In this document: positions 30,490 to 40,044 of the stretch, in pieces
Position numbering within the stretch: the stretch's first letter is position 1
Layout of the letters: every line of letters begins with the position of its first letter
Assembly: GCA_963829675.1 (NCBI GenBank)
Contig: CAWHJP010000020.1
Location: 2,820-66,819 of the forward strand
DNA from: Ilumatobacteraceae bacterium
Lineage (GTDB): Bacteria > Actinomycetota > Acidimicrobiia > Acidimicrobiales > Ilumatobacteraceae
DNA: 64,000 bases
Direction of reading: 5' to 3'
Notes under the pieces: generated by a model
What the model was told of the DNA's origin: nothing
Seen by the model: only the letters and a program-made list of their open reading frames with translations
Databases searched by the model: none
Translations under genes and position numbers: made by a program

Positions 30490-32332
30490 TCAGCCGGTGG
30501 CGCGGTCGAGGTCGCCGGCCAACCGCTCGTAGTCGGCCATGCGGTTCCGCACCACGTCGAGGCTGGCGGTCCAGAAGGCTTCGTCGGTGACGTCGAGATC
30601 GAAGGCCTGGCCGAGTTCCTCGGCCGTGTCCATCCCAGCCCGCGACAGGAGTGTGTCGTATCCGGCGCGGAAGTGGTCGGGATCGTCCTGGTATCGGGCG
30701 AACAGCCCGAGCCCGAACAGCAGGCCATAGGTATAGGGCCAGTTGTAGAACGAACTGCCGTAGTAGTGCGGCTTGAGCAACCACATGTAGGGATGCGCAG
30801 TCGTCTGGTCGAGACCGTCGCCGTAGGCGGCCGCCTGGGCGTCGGTCATCATCTCGCTCAGCTCGCCGGCGCTGAGCGTGCGCCGCTGGCGGCGGGCGTA
30901 GACCTCGGTCTCGAAGAGGAAGCGGGAGTGGATGTCGACGACGACCTGGTTCGCACCCTGGAGGTCGATGTCGAGCAGCGCCAGCCGATCGGCGCCCTCG
31001 AGGCGAGCGAGGCCGGCCTCGACGACCAGCGTTTCGCAGAAGATGCTGGCCGTCTCGGCGAGCGCCATCGGTAGGCGCTTCTGCAGCGATGTGCGATCGA
31101 CGAGCGTCGTGTTGTGATAGGCGTGGCCGAGTTCGTGGGCGGTGGTCTGCGCGGATTCCGCTGAACCCGACCAGTTCAGCAGGACGAGGGAGCGATCGCC
31201 GACGAACGGCATGCAGAAGGCGCCACCGGACTTGCCCTCGGCGGGTGGCGCGTCGATCCACTGCTCGTCGAGGGCGCGGTCGACGAGGTTGCCCAGCGCT
31301 GGGCTGAACTCGCTGAACGCGGAGCGGACGACCTCGACCCCTTCGTCCCACGTCATGTCGGCGGGGGCCACCGGCAGCGGCGCGACCAGGTCCCACCAGG
31401 CGAGCCCGGGCGCCTCGACGGTCCCACGATCGGACTGGAGCGACGCCTTGACCCGCATCCAGCGCCGGAAATCGGGCAGCGAATCGCGGACCGCCGCTTG
31501 CATGGCGTCGAACGTCTGTCGGCCGACGCTGTTCGCGAACAGCGACGCGTCGAGGGGCGACTCCCAGCCCCGCCGGCGGTTCACCGTGTTCGCCTCGCCC
31601 TTGATGGCGTTCATCGCCGCGGCCACGGGCACTTCGACGGTCGGCCACGCCCGCATCTCCGCTTCATAGGCGGCTCGACGAACGTCGGCGCGGGCGTCGG
31701 TCGCGAGACCGCGCACGGCGGGCATCGGCAGTGTCCGTCGGCCCGTCGGGCAGGGCGACCTCGACCGACAACTGCGACGTGACGTCGCGTTGCAGTCGGG
31801 CCCACGCGCCCGATCCGGTGGCCGACAACTCGGCGTACAGGTGCTCTTCGACCTCCGACATCTGGTGGTCGGCACGCTCCGCGAGTCGAGTGAGTGGACC
31901 GAGGTGCTGCGCCGCCTCGTCGCTCACCCGGGCGAGGGAGGCGGCACCGAGGGCCTGCACCCAGTCGGACAGGCGGGCCAGGAGTGGGCGCATCGCCGCT
32001 TCGGCGGGTTCGAGCTCACTCATCAGCCCCTGTGCCTGTTCGTCACGGGAGTTGGTCGACACCGTCGCGTAGATGCTCGCCTCGACGATGTCGAAGTCGG
32101 CCGCCACGCGGTTGAACTCGCGCAACACCCGGTCGGCCGCTTCGCCGTCGGCGGCGTCGGCCTCGCGCGGCTCGATCGCCCGGATGCCCAGTTCGTCGAA
32201 CAACACCACGAGGCGCTCGACATCGGCGGTCGACCGCTCCATGGCCCCGGAGAACGATCGTGCCGAGAGCGACTCGAAAACGTCGGCAATGCTCCACCGG
32301 GGGAGGTCGGTCGATTCTTCGACGGCGGTCAT
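30490..32332 (-). pseudogene. pepF: M3-family oligoendopeptidase F, one frame break near 31740
   Basis: ORF 31664..32332 (N-terminus) joins ORF 30490..31875 at SVEVALPDG | RRTLPMPAVRGL. Zinc motif HELGHAYH. Confidence 0.85.
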
Positions 32333-33234
32333 GCGTCTCCTTTGCTCGCTTGCGTCTTGATCGTGGGAACTGGTCGGGCATGGGCCCGGCTCGACTGGGT
32401 GGTCGTGAAACCGAGCCGTTCGTAGAGCGACACGGCGGTGTGGTTGTCGGCGTCGACGTACAGCATCGCGTGTTCCACGCCCCGCTCCGCGAGTGACTCG
32501 AGGCCGGCGAGGGTCAGCTGTTTGCCGAGCCCGAGCCCGGTGAAGTCGGGATCGACGGCGATCACGTAGATCTCGCCGACGCCGTCGGCATGGATCTTCG
32601 TCCAGCAGAACCCGGCGAGGCGACCGTCACGCTCGTGCAGGCGGAACCCGTCCGGGTCGAACCACGGTTCGCCCGTGCGGAGGCGCAGCGCCTCGAGATC
32701 CCAGTCGCTCTGTTCGTGGTGGCCGGCGAACGCCCGGTTGTTGACCGCCAGAAACGCGCCGTCGTCGACGCCCGGCACGAACGATCTCGTGTCGATCGTG
32801 ACCGGCATCCCGGTCGGCAGCTCGCGCCGCATCTGGAGCAGTTCGCGGCGCATCTCGAATCCGAGCCGCTGTTCCAGGCCGGCGCCCGCCGGAGGGGGCC
32901 CGTCACGCCACCAGGTGACCTCGGAGTCGGTGTCGATCGACCCGGCGAGCTGGCCGATTGCCTCGTTGACGAGCTGCTCGATGCGCTCCTCCTCGACGAA
33001 CTGCTCGCCGGCCACCACATCGAGCGTCCACCCGACACTGTCGGGTGAGAGTTCGGCGAATGCCTCGAGCTGACCATTGCCGTCGCGACGGGTGACGACC
33101 AGCGGTCCGTCGGGCCCCGGGTGCTGGAGCGCCAGCCGACTCTGGTCGGACAATGCGGGTCGTGCCGAGGTCCGCTCCTGCTTGTCGACGAACTCCAGCA
33201 GGTCGTCGGAATCTCGTGGATCGAGCGGAACCAT
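32329..33234 (-). CDS. mshD: mycothiol synthase (double-GNAT acetyltransferase)
   Basis: Start taken at MVPLDPRD (33234). Two GNAT halves, the second reading FLAVNNRAFAGHHEQSDW…GFCWTKIH…GEIYVIAVDPDFTGLGLGKQLTLAGL. ATGA overlap with the pepF start. Confidence 0.8.
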   Translation of the reverse strand: MVPLDPRDSDDLLEFVDKQERTSARPALSDQSRLALQHPGPDGPLVVTRRDGNGQLEAFAELSPDSVGWTLDVVAGEQFVEEERIEQLVNEAIGQLAGSIDTDSEVTWWRDGPPPAGAGLEQRLGFEMRRELLQMRRELPTGMPVTIDTRSFVPGVDDGAFLAVNNRAFAGHHEQSDWDLEALRLRTGEPWFDPDGFRLHERDGRLAGFCWTKIHADGVGEIYVIAVDPDFTGLGLGKQLTLAGLESLAERGVEHAMLYVDADNHTAVSLYERLGFTTTQSSRAHARPVPTIKTQASKGDA

Positions 33235-33311
33235 GTCGAATCGAGGGTATCGCTTCGCCTCCACGAGATACCTCACACACCTCGCCGGCTGAGATACCTC
33301 AGACACCTGCA

Positions 33312-33339
33312 TTGTGAAGGCTGGCTTCGGGTGTATAGT
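33312..33339 (+). promoter_or_regulatory. sigma-70-like promoter (TTGTGA-16 nt-TATAGT) for the candidate sRNA
   Basis: AT-rich hexamers stand out in GC-rich DNA. TG lies directly upstream of TATAGT. No protein gene follows on this strand. Confidence 0.45.
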
Positions 33340-33345
33340 CGGATC

Positions 33346-33447
33346 ACAACCAGGTTCCCGCCACCTGGTTTGCTGCGACGGCCGGGATCCGCCTCCTGGC
33401 CTCGCCCGAGCGACGGCCCCTCACACAGGGGCCGTCGCCGCATTTTT
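33346..33447 (+). ncRNA. candidate ~100-nt small RNA: two hairpins with C-rich loops plus an intrinsic terminator (6C-like architecture)
   Basis: Hairpin 1, 33348-33370: AACCAGGU/ACCUGGUU, loop UCCCGCC. Hairpin 2, 33380-33401: GGCCGGG/CCUGGCC, loop AUCCGCCU. Terminator, 33410-33438: GCGACGGCCCC/GGGGCCGUCGC, followed by CGCAUUUUU. It lies between mshD (-) and a small (-) ORF. Confidence 0.5.
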
Positions 33448-33465
33448 CATGTCGGTTTCGTGCGG

Positions 33466-33696
33466 TCAGATCCGAGCCGTACGGGCGGCGCGGAGGAGCC
33501 CACGCTCGGCATTGCGCAGCTGCCGTTCGGCCTCGTGGATGGCGGTGACGAGGTCGTCTCGGGTGGTTCCCACGAACGGTGTGGCGAGGTCGGCCACCCG
33601 CGCCCGATAGTCGCCGATGCTGTCGGCGATGACGGCCAACTCCGTGGCGGCCGATTCGATCGCCGCGTTGGACGGTTGTGTGCCAGAGGATCCCAC
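33466..33696 (-). CDS. small hypothetical helical protein, about 76 aa
   Basis: C-terminal part of ORF 33466..33834. …NAAIESAATELAVIADSIGDYRARVADLATPFVGTTRDDLVTAIHEAERQLRNAERGLLRAARTARI. The GTG at 33696 is the only plausible start, and the RBS is weak. Confidence 0.4.
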   Translation of the reverse strand: MGSSGTQPSNAAIESAATELAVIADSIGDYRARVADLATPFVGTTRDDLVTAIHEAERQLRNAERGLLRAARTARI

Positions 33697-33751
33697 GGGC
33701 GCACGATACCCACAGCCCCGCTCGGGCGACCGCTGGCTAGCATCTCCCCAG

Positions 33752-34834
33752 GTGATCAGCGTTCGTGACGACCTTCGTGCACTCGAGGGGTACCACTCCG
33801 CCCAGGTCGACGTGGCAGTGCGTCTCAACACCAACGAATCACCCGAACCGCCGCCGCTGGCGTTTCGCGATGCGTTCGCTGCCGAGCTGTCGCGGGTGAA
33901 TTGGCACCGCTATCCCGATCGGTCGGCGCTCGACCTGCGCACCGCGATCGCCGACTTCCACGGTGTGTCGCCGGACCAGGTGTTCGCTGCCAACGGATCG
34001 AACGAGGTGCTCCAGACGGTGCTGCTCGCCTACGCGGGGCCGGGGCGGACGGTCGCGACGTTCGAGCCGACCTATCAGATGCATGCGCAGATCGCACGGG
34101 TCACCGGGGCCACCGTCGTCGAGGGCCGACGTGGGGACGACTTCACCCTCGACCCCCGCGAGGTCGAGCGCGTGATCACCACGTATGCACCCGACGTCGT
34201 GTTCCTCACGTCGCCCAACAACCCGACGGGCCTCGTCGAACCCGCTGAACGGGTGGTCCAACTGCTCGAACTCAGCGACGGGCTCGTGGTCGTCGACGAG
34301 GCGTACGCCCAGTTCGCCGACTGGTCGGCACTCGATCTCCTGGCCGACGACCGGCCCCTCGTGGTGACGCGGACCTTCTCCAAGACCTGGTCGATGGCCG
34401 GTGCCCGACTCGGTTATCTGATCGGCCCACCGTGGCTCGTCGCCGAACTCGACAAGGTCGTGCTGCCGTACCACCTCGACGCGGTGAAGCAGATCGCCGG
34501 TCGCGTCGCGTTGCGGTTCGTCGACGACATGGACGCCCGGGTCCGCCAGATCGTGAGCGAGCGGGAACGCGTCTCCGAGGCCCTGCGCCGCCTGCCCTGC
34601 GACGTGGTGCCGAGCGGCGCCAACTTCGTGCTGTTCCGCCCCCGGTCCGCAAACGGTCGAGCGGTGTGGCAAGGACTCGTCGACCATGACGTGCTCGTTC
34701 GCGACTGTTCGAGCTGGCCGCATCTCGACAACTGCCTGCGTGTCACGATCGGCACTCCGCAGGAGAACACCACGTTCCTCGACGCGCTGGCTGCCGTGCT
34801 CAGCGATCCGTCCATCAGCCAGGAGGCCTCGTGA
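33752..34834 (+). CDS. hisC: histidinol-phosphate aminotransferase
   Basis: VISVRDDLRALEGYHSAQVDVAVRLNTNESPEPPP…FSKTWSMAGARLGY. I chose GTG 33752 by the usual N-terminal pattern. The ORF is open from 33617. Confidence 0.88.
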   Translation: MISVRDDLRALEGYHSAQVDVAVRLNTNESPEPPPLAFRDAFAAELSRVNWHRYPDRSALDLRTAIADFHGVSPDQVFAANGSNEVLQTVLLAYAGPGRTVATFEPTYQMHAQIARVTGATVVEGRRGDDFTLDPREVERVITTYAPDVVFLTSPNNPTGLVEPAERVVQLLELSDGLVVVDEAYAQFADWSALDLLADDRPLVVTRTFSKTWSMAGARLGYLIGPPWLVAELDKVVLPYHLDAVKQIAGRVALRFVDDMDARVRQIVSERERVSEALRRLPCDVVPSGANFVLFRPRSANGRAVWQGLVDHDVLVRDCSSWPHLDNCLRVTIGTPQENTTFLDALAAVLSDPSISQEAS

Positions 34835-35499
34835 CCGGCACCGAATCATCAGGCACGGAATCATCAGGCACGGAATCATCAGGCACCGCATCGTCCAGCA
34901 CCGCTCGGACCCGAGTCGCGGAACGCCATCGCGCCACGAAGGAGACCACGATCGACGTGTCGATCGACCTCGACGGCAGCGGGGTCACCGATGTGTCGAC
35001 AGGCATCCCCTTCTACGACCACATGCTCGATCAGCTCGGCCGGCACGGCGGCTTCGATCTCACGGTGCACGCCGTCGGCGATCTGCACATCGACACGCAT
35101 CACACGGTGGAGGACGTGGCGATCGCGGTCGGCGAGGCGTTCGCCGAGGCGCTGGGTGACAAGGCCGGAGTGCGGCGTTTCGCGAGCGGGCGCTATCCGC
35201 TCGATGAGGCGCTCGTCGACGTGGCCCTCGACCTGTCGGGACGGCCGTTCGTCGAGTGGCACGTGCCGATGCCCGAGAGCCTGCCCCTCGGCAACCCGGC
35301 CTTCGACCCCCAACTCGCCGAGCATGCGGTGTCGTCGTTCGCCACCGCCGCGGGGATCACCCTGCACGTCGAACTCGTGCGCGGGCGCAACGTCCATCAC
35401 ATCATCGAAGCGACGTTCAAGGGCCTGGCCCGGTCGCTGCGCGATGCCGTGCGCGTCGACGATCCCGGCGGCGTGCCGTCGACCAAGGGCGTGCTGTGA
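34831..35499 (+). CDS. hisB: imidazoleglycerol-phosphate dehydratase with a repeat-encoded N-terminal extension
   Basis: GTGA overlap with hisC. Core RATKETTIDVSIDLDGSG…GIPFYDHMLDQLGRHGGFDL…DTHHTVEDVAIAVG…HHIIEATFKGLARSL. Confidence 0.92.
   Translation: MTGTESSGTESSGTESSGTASSSTARTRVAERHRATKETTIDVSIDLDGSGVTDVSTGIPFYDHMLDQLGRHGGFDLTVHAVGDLHIDTHHTVEDVAIAVGEAFAEALGDKAGVRRFASGRYPLDEALVDVALDLSGRPFVEWHVPMPESLPLGNPAFDPQLAEHAVSSFATAAGITLHVELVRGRNVHHIIEATFKGLARSLRDAVRVDDPGGVPSTKGVL
34837..34896. repeat. 15-bp tandem repeat x4 (GGCACSGAATCATCA) inside the hisB 5' end
   Basis: The second and third units are identical, the first differs at one base, and the fourth is degenerate. In frame, encoding GTESS GTESS GTESS GTASS. 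Confidence 0.9.
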
Positions 35500-36176
35500 C
35501 CGCTGGGCTCGGTTCGTTCGGGGACGGGTCCGGAATGAACCGAGCGGGCAACGACCGACCGCTGATCGCGGTGCTCGACTACGGCATCGGCAACCTGCAC
35601 TCGGCGCAGAAGGCGCTCGAGAAGTGCGGCGCCGACGCCCGTCTCACCGCCGACGCGGGTCTGATCGGTGACGCCGCCGGCGTCGTGCTCCCCGGTGTGG
35701 GCGCGTTCGGCGCCTGCATGAACGCACTCCGCGGCGCCGGTTTGGAGGACGACGCACACGCATCGGTGTCGTCGGGGCGGCCCTTTCTCGGGATCTGCGT
35801 CGGCATGCAGATGCTCTTCACACGGTCGGAGGAGTCGGAGGAAGCCACCGGGCTCGGAATCATCGACGGCACGATCCGCTGGATCCCGCCCGGCCCGAAG
35901 ATCCCCCAGATGCAGTGGAACCAGCTGCAGATCCGTCGGGATGATCCGATGTTCGCCGGCCTCGGCGACGACGCCTGGGTCTACTTCGTGCACTCCCTGC
36001 ACGGCGTCCCCGAGGATCCCGAGGTGGTGGCCGCAACGGTCGAGTACGGAACCACGATCAATGCGGCGTTCCGCTCGGGCAACGTGTTCGCCGCCCAGTT
36101 CCATCCGGAGAAGTCGAGCCGGCCCGGGCTGCGCCTCCTCTCCAACTTCGTGGACGTCTGTCGGAGTGCGGCGTGA
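35496..36176 (+). CDS. hisH: imidazole glycerol phosphate synthase, glutamine amidotransferase subunit
   Basis: LIAVLDYGIGNLHSAQKAL…LPGVGAFG…PFLGICVGMQMLF…FVHSL…AAQFHPEKS. GTG 35496 overlaps the hisB stop; ATG 35535 is an alternative start. Confidence 0.9.
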   Translation: MTAGLGSFGDGSGMNRAGNDRPLIAVLDYGIGNLHSAQKALEKCGADARLTADAGLIGDAAGVVLPGVGAFGACMNALRGAGLEDDAHASVSSGRPFLGICVGMQMLFTRSEESEEATGLGIIDGTIRWIPPGPKIPQMQWNQLQIRRDDPMFAGLGDDAWVYFVHSLHGVPEDPEVVAATVEYGTTINAAFRSGNVFAAQFHPEKSSRPGLRLLSNFVDVCRSAA

Positions 36177-36949
36177 TCGACCTGTATCCCGCCATCGATC
36201 TGCTCGGGGGCCGAGTCGTGCGCTTGCGTACCGGCGACTACGACGACCAGACGGTCTACGGCGACGATCCGGTGGCGGTCGCCCGTGACTTCGCGGCCGC
36301 GGGGGCGGTCTGGATCCATGTCGTCGATCTCGACGCCGCCAAGTCGGGCGACGCCGTCAACCGGCCGGTCGTGGCGGCGATCGTCGCCGCGGTCAGTGCA
36401 ACCGCCAAGGTGCAGACCGGTGGCGGCGTACGGACCGTGGAAGACGTGGCGGAGCTGGCCGAGCTCGGAGTGGCCCGCGTGGTGATGGGTTCGGCGGCGG
36501 TGCGCGAGCCGAGCATCGTGTCGGACGCGTCGGCGATCCTGCCGGTCGCGGTCGGACTCGACCACCGAGGGGGCGAACTCGCCGTGCACGGCTGGACCAT
36601 CGGGAGCGGCCGCTACCTCGACGACGTCTATGAGTTGTTTCCCACGGCCGCGGCGTTCGTCATCACCGACATCGACCGCGACGGCATGCTCGGTGGGCCA
36701 GACGTGGAGGGTTTGACGGCGTCGGTGCAGCGGGCGTCCGTCCCGGTCATCGCCAGCGGGGGAGTGGCCGATCTCGACGACATCAGCGCGCTCGCCGAGA
36801 TCGACGGGCTGGGCGGGATCATCACCGGCAAAGCCCTCTACGAGGGCCGATTCGACGTCGCCTCGGCCCTCGAACGGTTGCGCGGCGGGCCGCCGGCGTC
36901 GGGGCGAGCGGCCGGGCGAGCGGCCGGGCGAGCGGAGGGGCACCAATGA
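36173..36949 (+). CDS. hisA: phosphoribosyl isomerase HisA (actinobacterial PriA type)
   Basis: GTGA overlap with his[19 protein letters not shown]…[12 protein letters not shown]…GGGVRT…[10 protein letters not shown]…[10 protein letters not shown]…ITGKALYEG. Confidence 0.9.
   Translation: MIDLYPAIDLLGGRVVRLRTGDYDDQTVYGDDPVAVARDFAAAGAVWIHVVDLDAAKSGDAVNRPVVAAIVAAVSATAKVQTGGGVRTVEDVAELAELGVARVVMGSAAVREPSIVSDASAILPVAVGLDHRGGELAVHGWTIGSGRYLDDVYELFPTAAAFVITDIDRDGMLGGPDVEGLTASVQRASVPVIASGGVADLDDISALAEIDGLGGIITGKALYEGRFDVASALERLRGGPPASGRAAGRAAGRAEGHQ
36902..36937. repeat. 12-bp tandem repeat x3 (GGGCGAGCGGCC) at the hisA 3' end
   Basis: In frame, encoding [12 protein letters not shown] just before the hisA stop and hisF start overlap. 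Confidence 0.85.
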
Positions 36950-37734
36950 GGGTGGCGCGGGTGATCCCCTGCCTCGACGTGACGGGGGGCCGCGTTGTGA
37001 AGGGCACGAACTTCGTCGACCTCCGCGACGCCGGCGACCCCGTGGAGCTCGCGGCGCGGTACGACCTGGAGGGCGCCGACGAGTTGGTCTTCCTCGACAT
37101 CACCGCCTCGAGCGACAACCGCGCCACCACGGTCGACATGGTGGAACGTGTCGCCGACCAGGTGTACATCCCGTTCACCGTCGGCGGCGGCATTCGCCGG
37201 GTGGCCGACGCCCGACAGATGCTCCGCGCCGGCGCCGACAAGGTGAGCGTGAACACCGCCGCGGTCGAGCGGCCCGAGCTGATCACCGACATCGCCGCCG
37301 AGTTCGGTGCCCAGTGCGTCGTGTGCGCCATCGACGCCAAACGGCGTCCCGATCCGCCCGGCGGGATCGAACCGGCGTGGGAGGTCTACCTGCACGGCGG
37401 GCGCACGCCGACCGGCATCGACGCGGTCGAATGGGCGCGCGAGGCCGTGGCGCGCGGCGCGGGCGAGATCCTGCTGACCTCGATGGATCGCGACGGGACG
37501 CGAGCGGGTTTCGACCTCGCCCTGACCAGGACGATCGTCGACGCGGTCACCGTCCCGGTGATCGCGAGCGGGGGCGTGGGCTCGCTGCAGGACCTGGTCG
37601 AGGGCATCGTCGACGGCGGCGCCGATGCGGTGCTGGCCGCGTCGATCTTCCACTTCCGGGAGCACACGATCGCTGACGCGAAGGCGCTGCTGACCGAGGC
37701 GGGCATCGTCGTTCGCCCCGTCGCGGATCCCTGA
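36946..37734 (+). CDS. hisF: imidazole glycerol phosphate synthase, cyclase subunit
   Basis: ATGA overlap with his[17 protein letters not shown]…[12 protein letters not shown]…PFTVGGGIR…[15 protein letters not shown]…ASGGVG. Confidence 0.93.
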   Translation: MRVARVIPCLDVTGGRVVKGTNFVDLRDAGDPVELAARYDLEGADELVFLDITASSDNRATTVDMVERVADQVYIPFTVGGGIRRVADARQMLRAGADKVSVNTAAVERPELITDIAAEFGAQCVVCAIDAKRRPDPPGGIEPAWEVYLHGGRTPTGIDAVEWAREAVARGAGEILLTSMDRDGTRAGFDLALTRTIVDAVTVPVIASGGVGSLQDLVEGIVDGGADAVLAASIFHFREHTIADAKALLTEAGIVVRPVADP

Positions 37735-37776
37735 CGAAGGACGCGCTGCAGCGCGTCGCGCAATAGCGTCGACGCG

Positions 37777-38490
37777 ATGGCATCAGCAGCAGTCACCACC
37801 GAGCAGCGCGGCACCGTGCTCATCTGCCACATCGACGACGGCAAGGCGAACGCGCTCTCGAAGGACATCATCGCCGCGATCATCGACGTGCTCGACGAAG
37901 CCGAGCACGACGCGTCGGTGTCGGCAGTGGTGCTGCACGGGCGGCCCGGCCGCTTCAGCGCCGGGTTCGACCTGTCGGTGATGCGGGGCGCCGACGTGGG
38001 TGCGATTGCCGACCTCGTCTGCGACGGCGGCACCCTCGTGCGGCACATGTACGGCGCGAAGATCCCGATCGTCGCGGCCTGCACCGGACACGCTCTGGCG
38101 GCCGGGGCGTTGGTGCTGCTGGGCTGCGACCTGCGCATCGGCGCGGATGTCGACTGCAAGATCGGGCTGAACGAGGTAGCGATCGCCATGGTGCTGCCCG
38201 ACTGGGCGTTCACCATCGCCGTCGACCGGCTGAGCAAGCGACACCTGCAGCGCGCGGTGGCGACGGCCCGGCTCACCGACGCCGCCGGTGCGGTCGATGT
38301 CGGGTATCTCGACGAGGTGGTCGCCGCGGACGACGTTCTCGAGGTTGCGGTGGCGCGGGCGGCCGAATTCGCGGCGCTCGACCAGCGCGCCTATGCCGGC
38401 ACGATCCGTCGGTTGCGTGGCGAGGTGCTCGATCTGATGACCGCGCAGATCGATGCCGACCGTGAGGCCGGGCAGGTGCCCAACGTCTGA
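37777..38490 (+). CDS. enoyl-CoA hydratase/crotonase-family protein
   Basis: 237 aa with GKANALS…[16 protein letters not shown]…[25 protein letters not shown]. Confidence 0.85.
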   Translation: MASAAVTTEQRGTVLICHIDDGKANALSKDIIAAIIDVLDEAEHDASVSAVVLHGRPGRFSAGFDLSVMRGADVGAIADLVCDGGTLVRHMYGAKIPIVAACTGHALAAGALVLLGCDLRIGADVDCKIGLNEVAIAMVLPDWAFTIAVDRLSKRHLQRAVATARLTDAAGAVDVGYLDEVVAADDVLEVAVARAAEFAALDQRAYAGTIRRLRGEVLDLMTAQIDADREAGQVPNV

Positions 38491-38547
38491 CGCGGGTCGC
38501 TGCATTCGAGTCACTGGCCGGGGTCACTCGGCCGGATCGTCGACGGT

Positions 38548-39553
38548 ATGGTCCTCGGCATGCCTACACCGAACGTCAATCCGAAGATGGAATATCGCCG
38601 ACTCGGTAACAGCGGCCTCAAGGTCAGCGTGTTGTCGTTCGGGAGCTGGGTCACGTTCGACACGCAGCTCGACACCTCGCTCGCCGTCGACTGCATGGCC
38701 GCAGCGGGTGACGCGGGGTGCAACTTCTTCGACAACGCCGAGGCGTACGCGGGCGGCAAGAGCGAATCGATCATGGGTCAGGCGCTCCTCGATCTCGAGT
38801 GGCCGCGCTGGTCCTACGTGCTGACCACGAAGGTGTTCTGGGGTCTGCATGGCGACCGCACGCCGAACATGCGCAACACGCTCAACCGCAAGTACCTCAT
38901 GCAGGCGATCGACGGATCGCTCGAGCGCTTCCAGCACGACTTCGTCGACGTTCTCTACTGCCACCGCTCCGATCCCGACACGCCACTCGAGGAGACGGTG
39001 TGGGCGATGAGCGACATCGTGTCGTCGGGCAAGGCGTTGTACTGGGGCACGAGCGAGTGGTCGGCCGACGACATCCGCGGCGCCATCGAGATCGCCGATC
39101 GCCACCATCTGCACAAGCCGGTCACCGAGCAGAGCCAGTACAACATCCTCGAGCGGACGCAAGGTCGAGCAGGAGTACGCCCGGATCCACGACGACTTCG
39201 GCTACGGCAACACGATCTGGAGCCCGCTCGCCTCCGGTCTGCTCACCGGCAAGTACAAAGACGGAATCCCCGAGGGGTCACGCGCCGCCCTCGCCGGGTA
39301 CGGCTGGCTCGCCAAGCGCCTCACCGATGCCGAGGCGATCGAGCGGGTCGAGCGCCTGCGTCCGATCGCCGACCGTCTCGGCTGCACGATGGCGCAGCTC
39401 GCGCTGGCGTGGTGCACGAAGAACCCGAACGTGTCGACGGTGATCACCGGTGCCTCCAAGGTCGAACAGGTCGTGTCGAACTTCGAGACCCTCGAGGTCA
39501 TCCCGCTCCTCACCGACGACGTGAAGGCGGAGATGGAATCCGCCCTCGCCTGA
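38548..39553 (+). pseudogene. aldo/keto reductase (Kv-beta-like), one frame break near 39155
   Basis: [24 protein letters not shown]…[14 protein letters not shown]…[11 protein letters not shown]…ALYWGTSEW…QSQYNILER. After the shift: [32 protein letters not shown]…[21 protein letters not shown]… with a stop at 39551-39553. The likely true start is ATG 38587. Confidence 0.85.
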
Positions 39554-39660
39554 CCGCAATCCCACCCGAAAATGGAGCAATGTCGCGGCCCAGGCGCGCA
39601 CATCTGCTCCAAATTTCGGTCGGGTGGTGGTCAGCAGGCGATCGATAGCGTTGGGCACCC

Positions 39661-39987
39661 ATGGCTGGCGCTGACGACAAGCTCCCGATCAAGATGCTCA
39701 ACGACCGCGTCTTGGTGAAGATCTCCGACAAGGACGGCGAACGACGTTCATCGGGTGGCATCGTCATCCCCGCCACGGCGCAGGTTGCCAAGCGGTTGAT
39801 CTGGGCGACGGTCGTGGCGCACGGACAGAACGTGCGGGCCTGCGAAGTGGGCGACAAGGTGCTGTTCAGCCCCGACGACCGCTACGAGGTCGAGGTCCAG
39901 GGTGAGGACTACGTGATGCTGCGCGAACGTGAACTGCACGCGGTGGCCGCCCAGCGCATCGAGGCGTCGACCGGCCTCTATCTGTGA
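39661..39987 (+). CDS. groES: GroES/Cpn10-family co-chaperonin-like protein (stand-alone, divergent)
   Basis: 108 aa. IKMLNDRVLVKI…GGIVIP…VVAHG…EVGDKVLFS…Y…G…YVMLRERELHAV follows the Cpn10 pattern. No groEL follows. Confidence 0.7.
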   Translation: MAGADDKLPIKMLNDRVLVKISDKDGERRSSGGIVIPATAQVAKRLIWATVVAHGQNVRACEVGDKVLFSPDDRYEVEVQGEDYVMLRERELHAVAAQRIEASTGLYL

Positions 39988-40010
39988 TCTGGTCACTTAT
40001 GCACAACTGA

Positions 40011-40022
40011 TAGGCATGCCTA
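40011..40022. promoter_or_regulatory. perfect 12-bp palindrome TAGGCATGCCTA in an AT-rich patch 23 bp upstream of the siderophore-binding-protein gene (candidate metalloregulator operator)
   Basis: Context CACTTATGCACAACTGATAGGCATGCCTAATAGTCC. It resembles but does not match the odd-centred DtxR/IdeR box that I remember. Confidence 0.35.
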
Positions 40023-40044
40023 ATAGTCCGGCTATGTTCGGTGG

